A DNA stretch of 64,000 bases from Pseudomonadales bacterium. Its GTDB lineage: Bacteria; Patescibacteriota; Microgenomatia; UBA1400; PJMF01. Position 1 is the first letter of the stretch. Every line of letters starts with the position of its first letter. The DNA lies in NCBI GenBank assembly GCA_020632265.1, contig JACKFW010000001.1, positions 599,272 through 663,271 of the forward strand, written 5' to 3'. Positions 11,566 through 20,895 of the stretch are shown here, in pieces. The translations under genes were made by a program, and so were the position numbers. The notes beneath the pieces were generated by a model that was given only the letters and a program-made list of their open reading frames with translations, had not been told where the DNA came from and made no database searches.

Positions 11566-12359
11566 ACAGCAACCACTATTTTTTCTTCACCAACTTTTTC
11601 TTTGTGATTTTGTTTTTGGGCGTCTTTTTCTGCTTTAATAAATTTATATGATGAGTATTTTCTTTTAATTGCTTTGAATATAGTAATAATAATACTAAAT
11701 ATCAGCGACGTAATCACAAAGAGTTTTTTTCCAGCAGGTAATCCCATAAAAATTATGAATGAAACTAACGGTAGCACAAGTTGTAACCTAACTACTTCAT
11801 GCCGACTAACTTTATATGGTGAAGTAAACAACGAAATACTTTCTAAAAAGAAAATTAAAAAAGTTTGAACTAAGTTCAGAAATATATTAGTTCTTGACAA
11901 GTCATACTTGCCCAAAAACATCAAATTAAACGGCAAATCAAACTTAGGCATAAATTGATATATCAAATGAATATCTTCACCTTCCAGACCAGTCTTAAAT
12001 ATCTTCCAAAGCATTAAGGCTATCGAAACCTGAATAAAAAGATTAAAAAGTTCGCCAACCATAACTTTTCTACTTTTAACCAAAATTTTCCGTTTTTCTT
12101 TTTCAATTTTAATTGGTTCAGTTGCATAAAGCTCTTCGATATCACGAACTTTTTTTGCAATTTCTCTTCGTTCAATTTCAGACCTGTCTCCAGCCAATGA
12201 AATTGGCAGCAACAAAATTCTTATCAGCACTGTCAATAAAATGACGGCAATTCCCATATCGGGCTTACCAACAGTAAATTGTCCTAAAATCCAATAAAAC
12301 CCAACCAAAATATTAAAAAATGGCTGATAAATAAATGTAATAAACAAATTGATGAACAT
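11559..12359 (-). CDS. yidC: YidC/Oxa1-family membrane protein insertase, short form without the large periplasmic domain, 266 aa.
   Basis: The first TM helix GIAVILLTVLIRILLLPISL resembles the YidC core. A charged coiled region is followed by further TM helices. Confidence 0.6.
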   Translation of the reverse strand: MFINLFITFIYQPFFNILVGFYWILGQFTVGKPDMGIAVILLTVLIRILLLPISLAGDRSEIERREIAKKVRDIEELYATEPIKIEKEKRKILVKSRKVMVGELFNLFIQVSIALMLWKIFKTGLEGEDIHLIYQFMPKFDLPFNLMFLGKYDLSRTNIFLNLVQTFLIFFLESISLFTSPYKVSRHEVVRLQLVLPLVSFIIFMGLPAGKKLFVITSLIFSIIITIFKAIKRKYSSYKFIKAEKDAQKQNHKEKVGEEKIVVAVK

Positions 12360-12368
12360 ATCGGTGAA

Positions 12369-12713
12369 TTAACTACTCAATTGACTCTCAGAACCTAATA
12401 TTGCTTCAACAGATTTAACTGCTTTTTCTAGGGAAATAACTAATTTTTGCGATAAATGCAATACTTCTTTATCTAATGAAATCTTTTTTAAAACTAAATT
12501 GGAATCGTCTACAAATAAATCCAATGCGTAATCAACAATTTCTCCATACTGCTTTTTCCAAACTTCTTGCTCTGCTTTGGAAAGTTGCATAACTTTATTT
12601 AGAACTTTATTAATTTCTTTGACTTCTTTATTTTTTAAATATAAAACAAATTTTAACGAGGAATTAAAATTTTTTGAACGTGGTTTTGATGAAATAGAAT
12701 CTACAGATATCAT
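12369..12713 (-). CDS. Hypothetical protein, 114 aa.
   Basis: Complete ORF directly upstream of yidC. No rnpA-like basic motif. Confidence 0.4.
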   Translation of the reverse strand: MISVDSISSKPRSKNFNSSLKFVLYLKNKEVKEINKVLNKVMQLSKAEQEVWKKQYGEIVDYALDLFVDDSNLVLKKISLDKEVLHLSQKLVISLEKAVKSVEAILGSESQLSS

Positions 12714-12915
12714 AATTGCTATTATTATAGCAAAGTAATTGAATCTTGAAGTAGTATAATACTATACCTGAGAATTAAATATTGTTTTCAACAAAAGATA
12801 AACTTCGCAGATTTATTAAATTACTTGCGCTCTTTAAGAGCATAGATCTAAGCTACGTCATACTTTTTTATGAATATAATGTTAAATTCTCAAAAGTAAA
12901 AAATGAAGTAAAGAA

Positions 12916-14067
12916 ATGAAGATCATCGATATTAAAAAAACTAGCACGAAGGAAATAATTTCAAACTGCATTGAAGTTTTAAATTCTGGTGGCTTAATTA
13001 TCTTTCCTACTGAGACAACCTATGGAGCTGGAGTTGATGCTACAAACCCAAGAGCAGTAGATAAGATTTTAGCCTATAAAAGCCGACGTGAGGGCAAACC
13101 TCTTTCCGTTGCCTTATCAAATAAAGAGACTACTTCTGAGTATATTTATATCAATGATCAAGCCAATGCTTTAATCGATCAATTTTTACCAGGACCAATG
13201 ACAGTTGTGTGCAAAGCAAAACCAGATTCTAAAATTGCTCCCGGTGTTATTTCCGAATTTGGCACCTTAGGCATTAGAATTCCCGACTATAAATTAATCC
13301 TAGATCTTCTTAGAAAGTTTCAAAAACCAATTACTGCTACCTCAGCAAATGGATCAAATAAAAAAAGACCATACACTGTGGATGATGTCCTAAATAACCT
13401 TTCAGAAAAGCAAAAAAAGTTAATAGATTTAATTCTTGATGCGGGTGAATTACCACATAATGAACCTTCTACTGTGATTGATACTACGCTATCTACGCCA
13501 GTAACCATGAGATCTAGAGGAATTGAAAAATCACAAGTTACCAACCTGATTTCAAAATCAGAATCAGAAACCAAAGAAATTGCTGGAAAATTATTATTAA
13601 AACACTGGAATAATGTAAATGAAAAAGGATTGTTGATTGCGCTTGATGGTAAACTTGGCACTGGAAAAACCATTTTTACCAAAGGTTTAGCGGAATTTTT
13701 GAAAATTACTCAGACCGTCAAATCACCCACGTACTCATATATTGAGGAATACGATTATAAACGCCATCAGACTTCTGGCAAATTGTTTCATCTAGATATG
13801 TGGAAGGTTGATAGTCAAGATCTTTTTGATAAATTAGAGGTGATCAAACTTTTTGGGAAAAATAATGTCGTCGTAATTGAATGGTTTGACCAAGTTTCAG
13901 CTTTTCTCTTTGCGAGCTTGAACAAAAATACTCAATTAAACAAAAAAATGCCTAAAATTATAAAAATTGCTATCGAACAAGATGATAAAACCAAAACTGA
14001 TGGAAAAGATGGCATAGATAGCAACATTAGAAAACTCAAAATTACGCTGAATGTAAATTACACATGA
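12916..14067 (+). CDS. Fusion protein: N-terminal TsaC/YrdC (threonylcarbamoyl-AMP synthase) domain plus C-terminal TsaE (YjeE P-loop ATPase) domain, 383 aa.
   Basis: N-terminal half has the YrdC-type segments GGLIIFPTETTYGAGVDA and PSTVIDTT. C-terminal half has the TsaE signatures LDGKLGTGKT, VKSPTYSYIEEYD, HLDMWKV and VVIEWFD. Confidence 0.75.
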   Translation: MKIIDIKKTSTKEIISNCIEVLNSGGLIIFPTETTYGAGVDATNPRAVDKILAYKSRREGKPLSVALSNKETTSEYIYINDQANALIDQFLPGPMTVVCKAKPDSKIAPGVISEFGTLGIRIPDYKLILDLLRKFQKPITATSANGSNKKRPYTVDDVLNNLSEKQKKLIDLILDAGELPHNEPSTVIDTTLSTPVTMRSRGIEKSQVTNLISKSESETKEIAGKLLLKHWNNVNEKGLLIALDGKLGTGKTIFTKGLAEFLKITQTVKSPTYSYIEEYDYKRHQTSGKLFHLDMWKVDSQDLFDKLEVIKLFGKNNVVVIEWFDQVSAFLFASLNKNTQLNKKMPKIIKIAIEQDDKTKTDGKDGIDSNIRKLKITLNVNYT

Positions 14068-15221
14068 ATCAACATATCTCAAAAGATAATATCATCCTGG
14101 CTGTCGACACTTCGTGCGACGATACATCTGCTTCAGTTGTTAAAGGCAATGTGGTTTTATCCAATATTATCGCCTCACAAACAGAACTTCATAGGCCCTA
14201 CGGAGGTGTATTTCCTACTGTAGCCAAACAAGCTCACAAGGAAAATATTGATGCTACTGTCAAACTGGCTTTGAAAAGAGCTAAAGTGGAATTGAAATAT
14301 ATTGATGCCTTGGCAGTTACCGTGGGCCCAGGCCTGGCACCGGCTTTGGAGGTTGGCATCAACTATATCAAGGAGCTTGCTCAGACTACCAACAAGCCCC
14401 TCATTGCAGTAAACCATATCGAGGGGCACGCTCTCTCGGCATTGGCGTGCAGAAATCCCAAAAACCTTTCAAAAAGCATTCCTAAAAAAAATGGTGAACA
14501 CCCTGAAAAAATCAATTTTCCAGTACTCTCCATTGTTGTATCCGGAGGCCACACCGAATTTATTTTATTCAATGAAATCGGAAAATATGAAATTATTGGC
14601 TCAACCATCGATGATGCTGCCGGCGAATGTTTAGATAAAATTGGTAGGATGCTAAACCTTGGATACCCAGCTGGTCCTGTGATAGAAAAGTTTGCAATGC
14701 TCGGAAATCCAAAAGCAATTGAGTTTCCACTCCCAATGACTACTATTAAAAATTTTGACATGAGCTTCTCGGGACTCAAAACATTTGCCCGAAACTATAT
14801 CGAAAGTACTTTCGGGAAAACTTCACTAAATAAACAACAAATTTATGATATGTGTGCATCTACACAATATGGGGTATTTAGGCATATTATATATAAATTG
14901 AACAAAGTTTTATATGCTTATAAAGTCAGTGAAGTTTGGCTTGGTGGTGGAGTGGCTGCAAATACAAAACTTAAGCAAATGATAAGAAAAACTTTGACTG
15001 ATTTTGAGAAAAATGTAAACGCAAAAAATAAAAATGAGGGTAATCAAAAATCATTAGTCAAAATTATATTTAGAACTCCATTTACAAAAAGACTCTGCAT
15101 GGATAATGCGGCAATGATTGGTTTAGTGGCGGGATATAAATTTGATAGAAATGAATTTGCTGAGAATTCAAAGGCACTAGAGAGGTTGCCAAGATTGAAT
15201 GTTGAAAATACTAATTTCTAA
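14064..15221 (+). CDS. tsaD: tRNA N6-adenosine threonylcarbamoyltransferase TsaD (Kae1/Gcp family), 385 aa.
   Basis: AVDTSCDDTSASV, HIEGHA and SGGHTE motifs. Its start overlaps the fusion gene stop (ATGA). Confidence 0.85.
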   Translation: MNQHISKDNIILAVDTSCDDTSASVVKGNVVLSNIIASQTELHRPYGGVFPTVAKQAHKENIDATVKLALKRAKVELKYIDALAVTVGPGLAPALEVGINYIKELAQTTNKPLIAVNHIEGHALSALACRNPKNLSKSIPKKNGEHPEKINFPVLSIVVSGGHTEFILFNEIGKYEIIGSTIDDAAGECLDKIGRMLNLGYPAGPVIEKFAMLGNPKAIEFPLPMTTIKNFDMSFSGLKTFARNYIESTFGKTSLNKQQIYDMCASTQYGVFRHIIYKLNKVLYAYKVSEVWLGGGVAANTKLKQMIRKTLTDFEKNVNAKNKNEGNQKSLVKIIFRTPFTKRLCMDNAAMIGLVAGYKFDRNEFAENSKALERLPRLNVENTNF

Positions 15222-15239
15222 ATACCAACTTCCTATTAT

Positions 15240-15818
15240 TTAGGTTTTTAAGTTTTTGGTCCGTTTAATATTATCCAAATACATTTTCAAATTCGATAAT
15301 AAAAAATCTTGATTCTTGATTGCAGAGCTATCTTTACCTTTATCTTCCGCTGAATCAGCATCATTGCCAGCTGAATCAGCATCATTGCCAGCTGAATCAG
15401 CATCATTGCCAGCTGAACTAGCATCATTGCCAGCTGAATTGGTATTATTGCCAGCTGAACTAGTATTATTGCCAGCTGAACTAGCATCATTGCCAGCTGA
15501 ATTGGTACTATAATCATCAATCAAACTAGTTGAAGATTCATCTAAAATTTCAGGACCATCATAAGATGTAACATTTGGCTTTTTAACAGCAAAATCACTA
15601 TCTTCAAAATCTAACCCGTCAAATGAGAAATTTGATTTTTGTGACAACGAAGAATTTTCTGATTTAAAATATAAGGGGTCGATTCCATCGAGAGCATCAT
15701 CTTCCCCAACATTCAAAGTGCTATTAGCACTCATTCGCCTATCAACTTCTAGTTTTATGTATTCCTGCAACTCATGTTTAAAATTATCAAGAATTTTTTG
15801 GAGTTGATCATTATTCAT
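15240..15818 (-). CDS. Acidic low-complexity protein, 192 aa, with a tandem heptad repeat (SAGNDAD/SAGNNTS)n.
   Basis: ORF contains 7 copies of a 21-nt repeat. N-terminal 60 aa are non-repetitive. Confidence 0.5.
   Translation of the reverse strand: MNNDQLQKILDNFKHELQEYIKLEVDRRMSANSTLNVGEDDALDGIDPLYFKSENSSLSQKSNFSFDGLDFEDSDFAVKKPNVTSYDGPEILDESSTSLIDDYSTNSAGNDASSAGNNTSSAGNNTNSAGNDASSAGNDADSAGNDADSAGNDADSAEDKGKDSSAIKNQDFLLSNLKMYLDNIKRTKNLKT
15350..15500. repeat. 21-bp tandem repeat (gctgaatcagcatcattgcca), about 7 copies, in-frame within the CDS 15240-15818.
   Basis: Seen directly in the sequence. It produces mirror ORFs on both strands in the ORF track. Confidence 0.85.
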
Positions 15819-15986
15819 AATTCACTTTTCATTAATAATATTTAGTCATAATTGATAAATATTTTTTGATACCTATCCTTTTTATTACAAAAGAATTGCT
15901 TATAGATTGGTATATAAAAGTATACATATCTAGGAAGATTCTTGCAATATTGAAGAAAGATTTTTGCTTAAACTATTATAATCAAG

Positions 15987-18191
15987 TTATATTGGACAAG
16001 CCCCACTCGCACATTTCAAATGCTCATAATCAATGTCTTCTGCCAATAATTCATCTTTTTCGATTTCATCAAGTACTCTCATGAATTCAGAAGTTGTCAC
16101 CGGCTGCTCAGGTTGGTATTCATAGGCAGTAGCATCTGTTTGAGGCATCACACTACAACATTTTATTCGACTTTGATATTTAATAATCATCTCAGAAAAT
16201 TCTTTATAGCCAACAATTTCCGGATTATATTTCAAGGTGTAGGAAACTTGATTGCCTGTATCCTCTTTGTTTATCTTGCCATCCTTATCAATACCAGTGA
16301 TCCAATATTTTTCCAACAATAATAACCATTTAAATTGTTCTTCGGGAGTTGCTTCGCCTGCGGTAACAAGTTCGCCGTTCATCCCAATTCTACAAATCAA
16401 AGGTTGAGTAGGAAATCCAACTGCAGTTGAGCCTTTATAACTTTGCAAAACTTTAACTGGATAACCTTTTTCTTTATATTTTTTTACCATTGGATCATCA
16501 CTCCTATATTGAACCCATCTTATATATTCGCGCATACTTGGCAAATGAGCCCCTTCAGTCAGAGCAAATAGCTTGGAAACGGTCCCAGATGGTTTAATCG
16601 TGGTATCAGTGTGCGGCGCAGTTACCCCTATCTTTTCAGAATAATTTCTTGCCTCTTCAACTATCGCATTTTTAAATCTTGCTAAGGTCAACCAAAATTC
16701 TTTTGATTTTTCCTCATCGATAAGATCTCTAAAAGCAAATCCATAAGTATTCCAAGCAAATTCGTGAATTCCAGTCATTCCTACGCCAATTCTGTTAGTT
16801 CTTTTTACTTCTCGAGAATATAAACAATCCATTGTGTTGACTCTGATCAGAGCTCTAACTGCGGCTCTAAACGCTTCTTCAGCATCATCAAGTGTAGGAG
16901 CGTGATAAGGAACAACGTCTGCAATCACACAATAACCACCCAACATATTTAATGAAATTTCCCCACAAGGATTAGGAATTTGTGAATACAATTTTGCAGA
17001 GGCATTTCGTGCAATTAAAGACAGCATCTTTTCTGTTCTTTGAGATGGTTTATATTTTTGACTTTCTGCATATTTACCGTCTTGATAATCATCATAACCG
17101 TCATCATTTTGAACTAATCGATGTTGATTAATAAAACCTGGCTCCCCAGTGCCATCATCATAACTAGCTTTCATGATAGCTTCTAAAACTTTTTTAGAAT
17201 GTTTTGTCCTTTGTTTCCAAAATTTTTCATCAACAGTGACGGAATTATTTGCCGACCATAAGAATCCACCCCTTTTGATATCAATAAACTCAAATACTTC
17301 TGGATCAGTCCAATTTTTAGTTGCAATTCTAGCGCTTCTTCTAGCACCACCGACTAAAACACATTCGGCCAAATAATGATCAATAAAAAGTGCTTGTTTC
17401 CAAAGAGGCATGTCTGCTCCTTTTATTGTAGCAACTCTCTCGATTGCGTTCATGATTGGTTTTGGTCCAGAAGCAGGTCTATTTTGCATTCCCCTAATCA
17501 CAGATCCTTTTTCTCTAACATCAGAAAAGTCTAAAATCAATAATTCATCCTTAAATTTTTTTTCATAAGCCATAACTTCCATCATTTCAATTGCTTGAGC
17601 CCAACCTTCACGACTGTCAGGAACTTTAAACCAGTGAATATTGTCACCTTTGCCATACTTATGTTCTGCGTCGCGAACACTCTCATCAAAACCCCAAACA
17701 AAATCTGGATGATCAGAAGAAATCACGCATCTTACGCTTGGCATATTATCCCAATTAACCACACACATATCATCGTCGTATGATCGTCCTACTCCAGATC
17801 CATTCATCAATAAGTAAAACACAATATAAGATGCTGAAGCTGTACTGCAGTTAGTAAAGACTTCCATATTTCTGTTGGGCTGAGTTTCATCTCCATGCTG
17901 TAAATGTCTGCCAGACATCAAAAGTGATGCATTAGCGATATGCTTTCTCAATACTTCATATTCTTCTTTTTGATGTTTTAAGCCCAATCCTTTGATGTTT
18001 TTTACTAACAAAGAATTTCCCAAGGCTACTCTATCAGCAACTTCTTTCCATTTTTCCCAACGCTCTCTACCCGTATCTTTGTCAGTAATTTTCCTCAAGT
18101 AGGTTCTTCGAGCAACAGCAACTCCCATGCCATTATCTAGTTTTCTATTGGTAAATTGCATTTGTTTTTTGGGAAGAGTTTTCTTATTCAT
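15987..18191 (-). CDS. nrdJ: Ribonucleoside reductase, class II (adenosylcobalamin-dependent NrdJ-type), 734 aa.
   Basis: Catalytic NPCGEI motif of class I/II RNRs. No glycine-radical RVCGY motif and no nrdB partner. C-terminal Cys pair CASGAC. Confidence 0.8.
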   Translation of the reverse strand: MNKKTLPKKQMQFTNRKLDNGMGVAVARRTYLRKITDKDTGRERWEKWKEVADRVALGNSLLVKNIKGLGLKHQKEEYEVLRKHIANASLLMSGRHLQHGDETQPNRNMEVFTNCSTASASYIVFYLLMNGSGVGRSYDDDMCVVNWDNMPSVRCVISSDHPDFVWGFDESVRDAEHKYGKGDNIHWFKVPDSREGWAQAIEMMEVMAYEKKFKDELLILDFSDVREKGSVIRGMQNRPASGPKPIMNAIERVATIKGADMPLWKQALFIDHYLAECVLVGGARRSARIATKNWTDPEVFEFIDIKRGGFLWSANNSVTVDEKFWKQRTKHSKKVLEAIMKASYDDGTGEPGFINQHRLVQNDDGYDDYQDGKYAESQKYKPSQRTEKMLSLIARNASAKLYSQIPNPCGEISLNMLGGYCVIADVVPYHAPTLDDAEEAFRAAVRALIRVNTMDCLYSREVKRTNRIGVGMTGIHEFAWNTYGFAFRDLIDEEKSKEFWLTLARFKNAIVEEARNYSEKIGVTAPHTDTTIKPSGTVSKLFALTEGAHLPSMREYIRWVQYRSDDPMVKKYKEKGYPVKVLQSYKGSTAVGFPTQPLICRIGMNGELVTAGEATPEEQFKWLLLLEKYWITGIDKDGKINKEDTGNQVSYTLKYNPEIVGYKEFSEMIIKYQSRIKCCSVMPQTDATAYEYQPEQPVTTSEFMRVLDEIEKDELLAEDIDYEHLKCASGACPI

Positions 18192-18219
18192 AAAATCTTT
18201 CTAATTGATAAATCCATTT

Positions 18220-18669
18220 CTATTCTGTAAGTTTATTTAATTCTTCTTTAAAATCCTCAATGCTGTCAAAATCTCTATACACACTTGCAAAAAGTAAATA
18301 TGACAGTGTATCAACTTTTTTTAGTCTATTAATAACTAGATTTCCGATTTCCCAACTCTTAACTTCACTTGATTTTTTTTGCCTCAACATTCTCTCAACT
18401 TCATCAATTAAATCATCAATGTCTGACATTGATATTGGTCTTTTCCAGGTTGCTTTTGAAAGACCCCTTTTTAACTTTTCTCTAGAAAAATCCTCTTTAG
18501 AACCATCTTTTTTGATCACTTTTAAATCAATGCCCTCAATTCTTTCATAGGTAGTAAAACGTTTTGCACAACTGGAACAACTACGGCGCCTTCTAATTGT
18601 TGTCTGATCTTCAGCCTCGCGTGAGTCAATTACTGACGTTTCTGCCTTGCTACAATAAGGACATTTCAT
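18220..18669 (-). CDS. nrdR: Transcriptional repressor NrdR (zinc ribbon plus ATP cone), 149 aa.
   Basis: MKCPYCS...SVIDSR N-terminus and CSSCAKRF zinc ribbon. Located directly upstream of the RNR gene. Confidence 0.85.
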   Translation of the reverse strand: MKCPYCSKAETSVIDSREAEDQTTIRRRRSCSSCAKRFTTYERIEGIDLKVIKKDGSKEDFSREKLKRGLSKATWKRPISMSDIDDLIDEVERMLRQKKSSEVKSWEIGNLVINRLKKVDTLSYLLFASVYRDFDSIEDFKEELNKLTE

Positions 18670-18724
18670 ATTTTCCTTGTTAATCCCATATATACATTAA
18701 GTTGTATGTATTTAATGTATAAAC

Positions 18725-18738
18725 CACAATATCTTGTG
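18725..18738. promoter_or_regulatory. Candidate NrdR box (cacaatatcttgtg palindrome) upstream of nrdR.
   Basis: Resembles the acaCwAtATaTwGtgt NrdR operator. Lies about 55 nt upstream of the nrdR start. Confidence 0.3.
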
Positions 18739-18895
18739 TATTATTTTTTTTAGGAATATAAGAATCTCATGCTTTTAGAATGTGGTCAACCAAAACAAAA
18801 TATATCAAAATGATTTAAATATCAAATAGATATGATTGAAATTTAATACAAAAAATACCCAAAAATAGAATAAAAACTTATGAGTCAGGAAATTT

Positions 18896-18940
18896 TAAAT
18901 TTAGTTTTTTAAATTTAGTTATTTAAATTTAGTTATTTAA
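18896..18940. repeat. Three tandem copies of a 15-nt unit (aaatttagttattt), overlapping the 3' end of CDS 18929-19462.
   Basis: Seen directly in the sequence. Confidence 0.5.
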
Positions 18941-19462
18941 CTTTATGATTAATGCGTCTAATTCCACTAACAAAGATTCAATTGGAGATGTGTCAACTCT
19001 CTCAAAATTGTCTTTACATTTCTTTAACTCCCTGGAATTATTTTCTAATGATCTTAATAGATCTTTTTTGACTGATTCCTGTTGATTATCACTGTTTAGA
19101 AATTCTTGAGCAGCGTTAATTAAATACTTTTGGGCTTTAGTCATAGTTGATAAAGCTAGTTCTTCTTGATCATTATTTATCAGGACTTTAGAACTATATA
19201 GTCTATCGTCTGCTAATCTCATTTGAACATATATTTTTCGATTGCCAAATGATGACTGCAAAATTATTCTGTCAGCAACCATTAAAATCGGATATAAAAC
19301 ATGATCGGGTAAAATTGTCTTTCCCACATAAAATTTTCGCTCACTAACTCTTAGTGAATTTTCAGATCTAATTTGTGAAGCCATTATTAGAGAAACCCCA
19401 AAAATAAAAAGGGCAATTATTAACGCCAAACCAGACATCATCAACTTTGTTTTCTTAGCCAT
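18929..19462 (-). CDS. Membrane-anchored hypothetical protein, 177 aa. N-terminal TM helix, soluble C-terminal domain.
   Basis: Complete ORF. Last gene of a four-gene minus-strand module. Confidence 0.45.
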   Translation of the reverse strand: MAKKTKLMMSGLALIIALFIFGVSLIMASQIRSENSLRVSERKFYVGKTILPDHVLYPILMVADRIILQSSFGNRKIYVQMRLADDRLYSSKVLINNDQEELALSTMTKAQKYLINAAQEFLNSDNQQESVKKDLLRSLENNSRELKKCKDNFERVDTSPIESLLVELDALIIKLNN

Positions 19463-19523
19463 GAACGATAGATTGTAGCACTAAAAAAGTTTTATTCAAA
19501 TAAAAACTATTGGGAGAAAATCT

Positions 19524-20225
19524 CTAAAAACCGCTATGAACTAGTAAAACCATTCCCCAAATAGCATGAGATAAAACAAGGGCAAAAGAATTTCTTCTAG
19601 TATAAAATAAAAATCCTTGTCCAATTGCAAATAAGAATAAAATAAATATTTGCGGTAAAACCAAAGAAGCATCATATCTTAAGAGAATATTTGGAATGTG
19701 AAATAATAGAAATATTATCGAAACAAGCAATACCTGAGATGTCATAGACCAAGTTTTAAATTTTTCTTGAATAACGGTCATTACAAAACTAAAAAATAAC
19801 AAAGTTTCCCAAAATGCAGTAAACAAGGCTAGTGCAAATTCATACCAAAAAATATTTGAGTCGAAAAGAGACACCGCCTCTACCGTTGCTTCATTTTGAA
19901 TAATAGTTAAAATTGAAAATACAAAACCCAAAACTCCGCCAACAGTAATTCCAAGCAGTAATCCACTTTTCATTTTTCGAGCAGCAAAAGTATCGGTAAT
20001 TGATTCTGTTTGAGTAATGCTGATATATAACCACACTGGAAGCCCAAAAAATACTGCTTTACCAAGAGTTTCATCAAACCAAACTGGAAAATTAAATAAC
20101 ATTCTGTATAAAACCCAAAAAATAAAAACCAAAATCAGTAAAGGAAAAAAAACAACATTAGCACTACCATTTTTGTTTTTCAAAACATTTGTAGTGGCTT
20201 TATTTTGTGATTGCATCGATAACAA
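19524..20225 (-). CDS. CPBP/Abi-family (CAAX protease-like) intramembrane protein with partly degenerate motifs, 233 aa.
   Basis: About 6 TM helices. FWETLLF stands in place of EExxxR, FLLFH matches FxxxH, and HAIWG stands in place of HxxxN. No Cys, so it is not an exosortase. Confidence 0.4.
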   Translation of the reverse strand: MLSMQSQNKATTNVLKNKNGSANVVFFPLLILVFIFWVLYRMLFNFPVWFDETLGKAVFFGLPVWLYISITQTESITDTFAARKMKSGLLLGITVGGVLGFVFSILTIIQNEATVEAVSLFDSNIFWYEFALALFTAFWETLLFFSFVMTVIQEKFKTWSMTSQVLLVSIIFLLFHIPNILLRYDASLVLPQIFILFLFAIGQGFLFYTRRNSFALVLSHAIWGMVLLVHSGF

Positions 20226-20895
20226 TTTGTAATGTTTTCTGTTGATTGGCTGAATATGTATCTATAATTACATCGTATAGATTTGGACGCCAAAAATCAA
20301 TTGGATCACTAGCTTTTGCTTTGCCAGTTTTAACTACCCACTCATTCCATTCATTAGCATACACTCTTTTCCACTTAGTAAGATTATTGACGTACCTCTC
20401 CTGCATATTTTTAATTGCTTCTCCTGGAGTAACAACGTCTCGATTCACAATTCTATCAACTTTCACTGCCTTATCACTACAAATCATTAAAACCTTTAAG
20501 GTTCCTTCAATATTTTGAGCCATAAAACCTGACAACCATGATTCAATTATCCACCCACTTTCATTGCTCAATTTCTCTCTCATACCAAAGTCTACTTTTC
20601 TATCAAAATCATCTTCATAATGTGAAGCATCATGATGCAAGCCATTTTGCTCAACAAATAACCCTTTTTCTTTGGCGTAGGCTCTCATGAATTCGCCACC
20701 ACTAAAACCAGTCCAACCAGCAAATTTTAGCGCCTCATGTTTTTTTAACTTATTTAATAAAGTCGTTGAACCACTTCCTGGCAAACCAGAAATTGTAATA
20801 TTCTTAAATTTGAAATCATCCCCAGGAGATTTAGGTGACATCATATTTCCTTTATTTTGAAATGTTACTATTCGCTTGGGTATTTCCAAAATCAA
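20200..20895 (-). CDS. Cytidylate-kinase-like (NMP kinase fold) protein with a lysine-less P-loop, probably a pseudokinase or nucleotide-binding protein. 231 aa; the real start is possibly the internal Met at codon 18-19.
   Basis: ITISGLPGSGSTTL aligns with the Cmk ITIDGPSGAGKGT motif, but the Walker A lysine is replaced by Ser. A bona fide cmk gene exists elsewhere in the window. Confidence 0.45.
   Translation of the reverse strand: MILEIPKRIVTFQNKGNMMSPKSPGDDFKFKNITISGLPGSGSTTLLNKLKKHEALKFAGWTGFSGGEFMRAYAKEKGLFVEQNGLHHDASHYEDDFDRKVDFGMREKLSNESGWIIESWLSGFMAQNIEGTLKVLMICSDKAVKVDRIVNRDVVTPGEAIKNMQERYVNNLTKWKRVYANEWNEWVVKTGKAKASDPIDFWRPNLYDVIIDTYSANQQKTLQIVIDAITK

Noticed and set aside
15287-15520. 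ORFs 15287-15520 (minus) and 15316-15513 (plus) with repetitive translations (LAMMLVQ / AESASLP).
   Set aside because: Alternative-frame readings of the 21-bp repeat inside CDS 15240-15818.
15987-18191. RNR considered as class III (anaerobic NrdD) or class I.
   Set aside because: NPCGEI is the class I/II active-site motif. There is no glycine-radical motif. No nrdB/F or nrdG-like neighbour. NrdR directly upstream is compatible with class II.
20200-20895. Cmk-like protein considered as an MNT nucleotidyltransferase antitoxin partner of the HEPN gene.
   Set aside because: No GSx9-13DxD nucleotidyltransferase motif. The fold signature is NMP-kinase (P-loop position and Cmk-like flanks).
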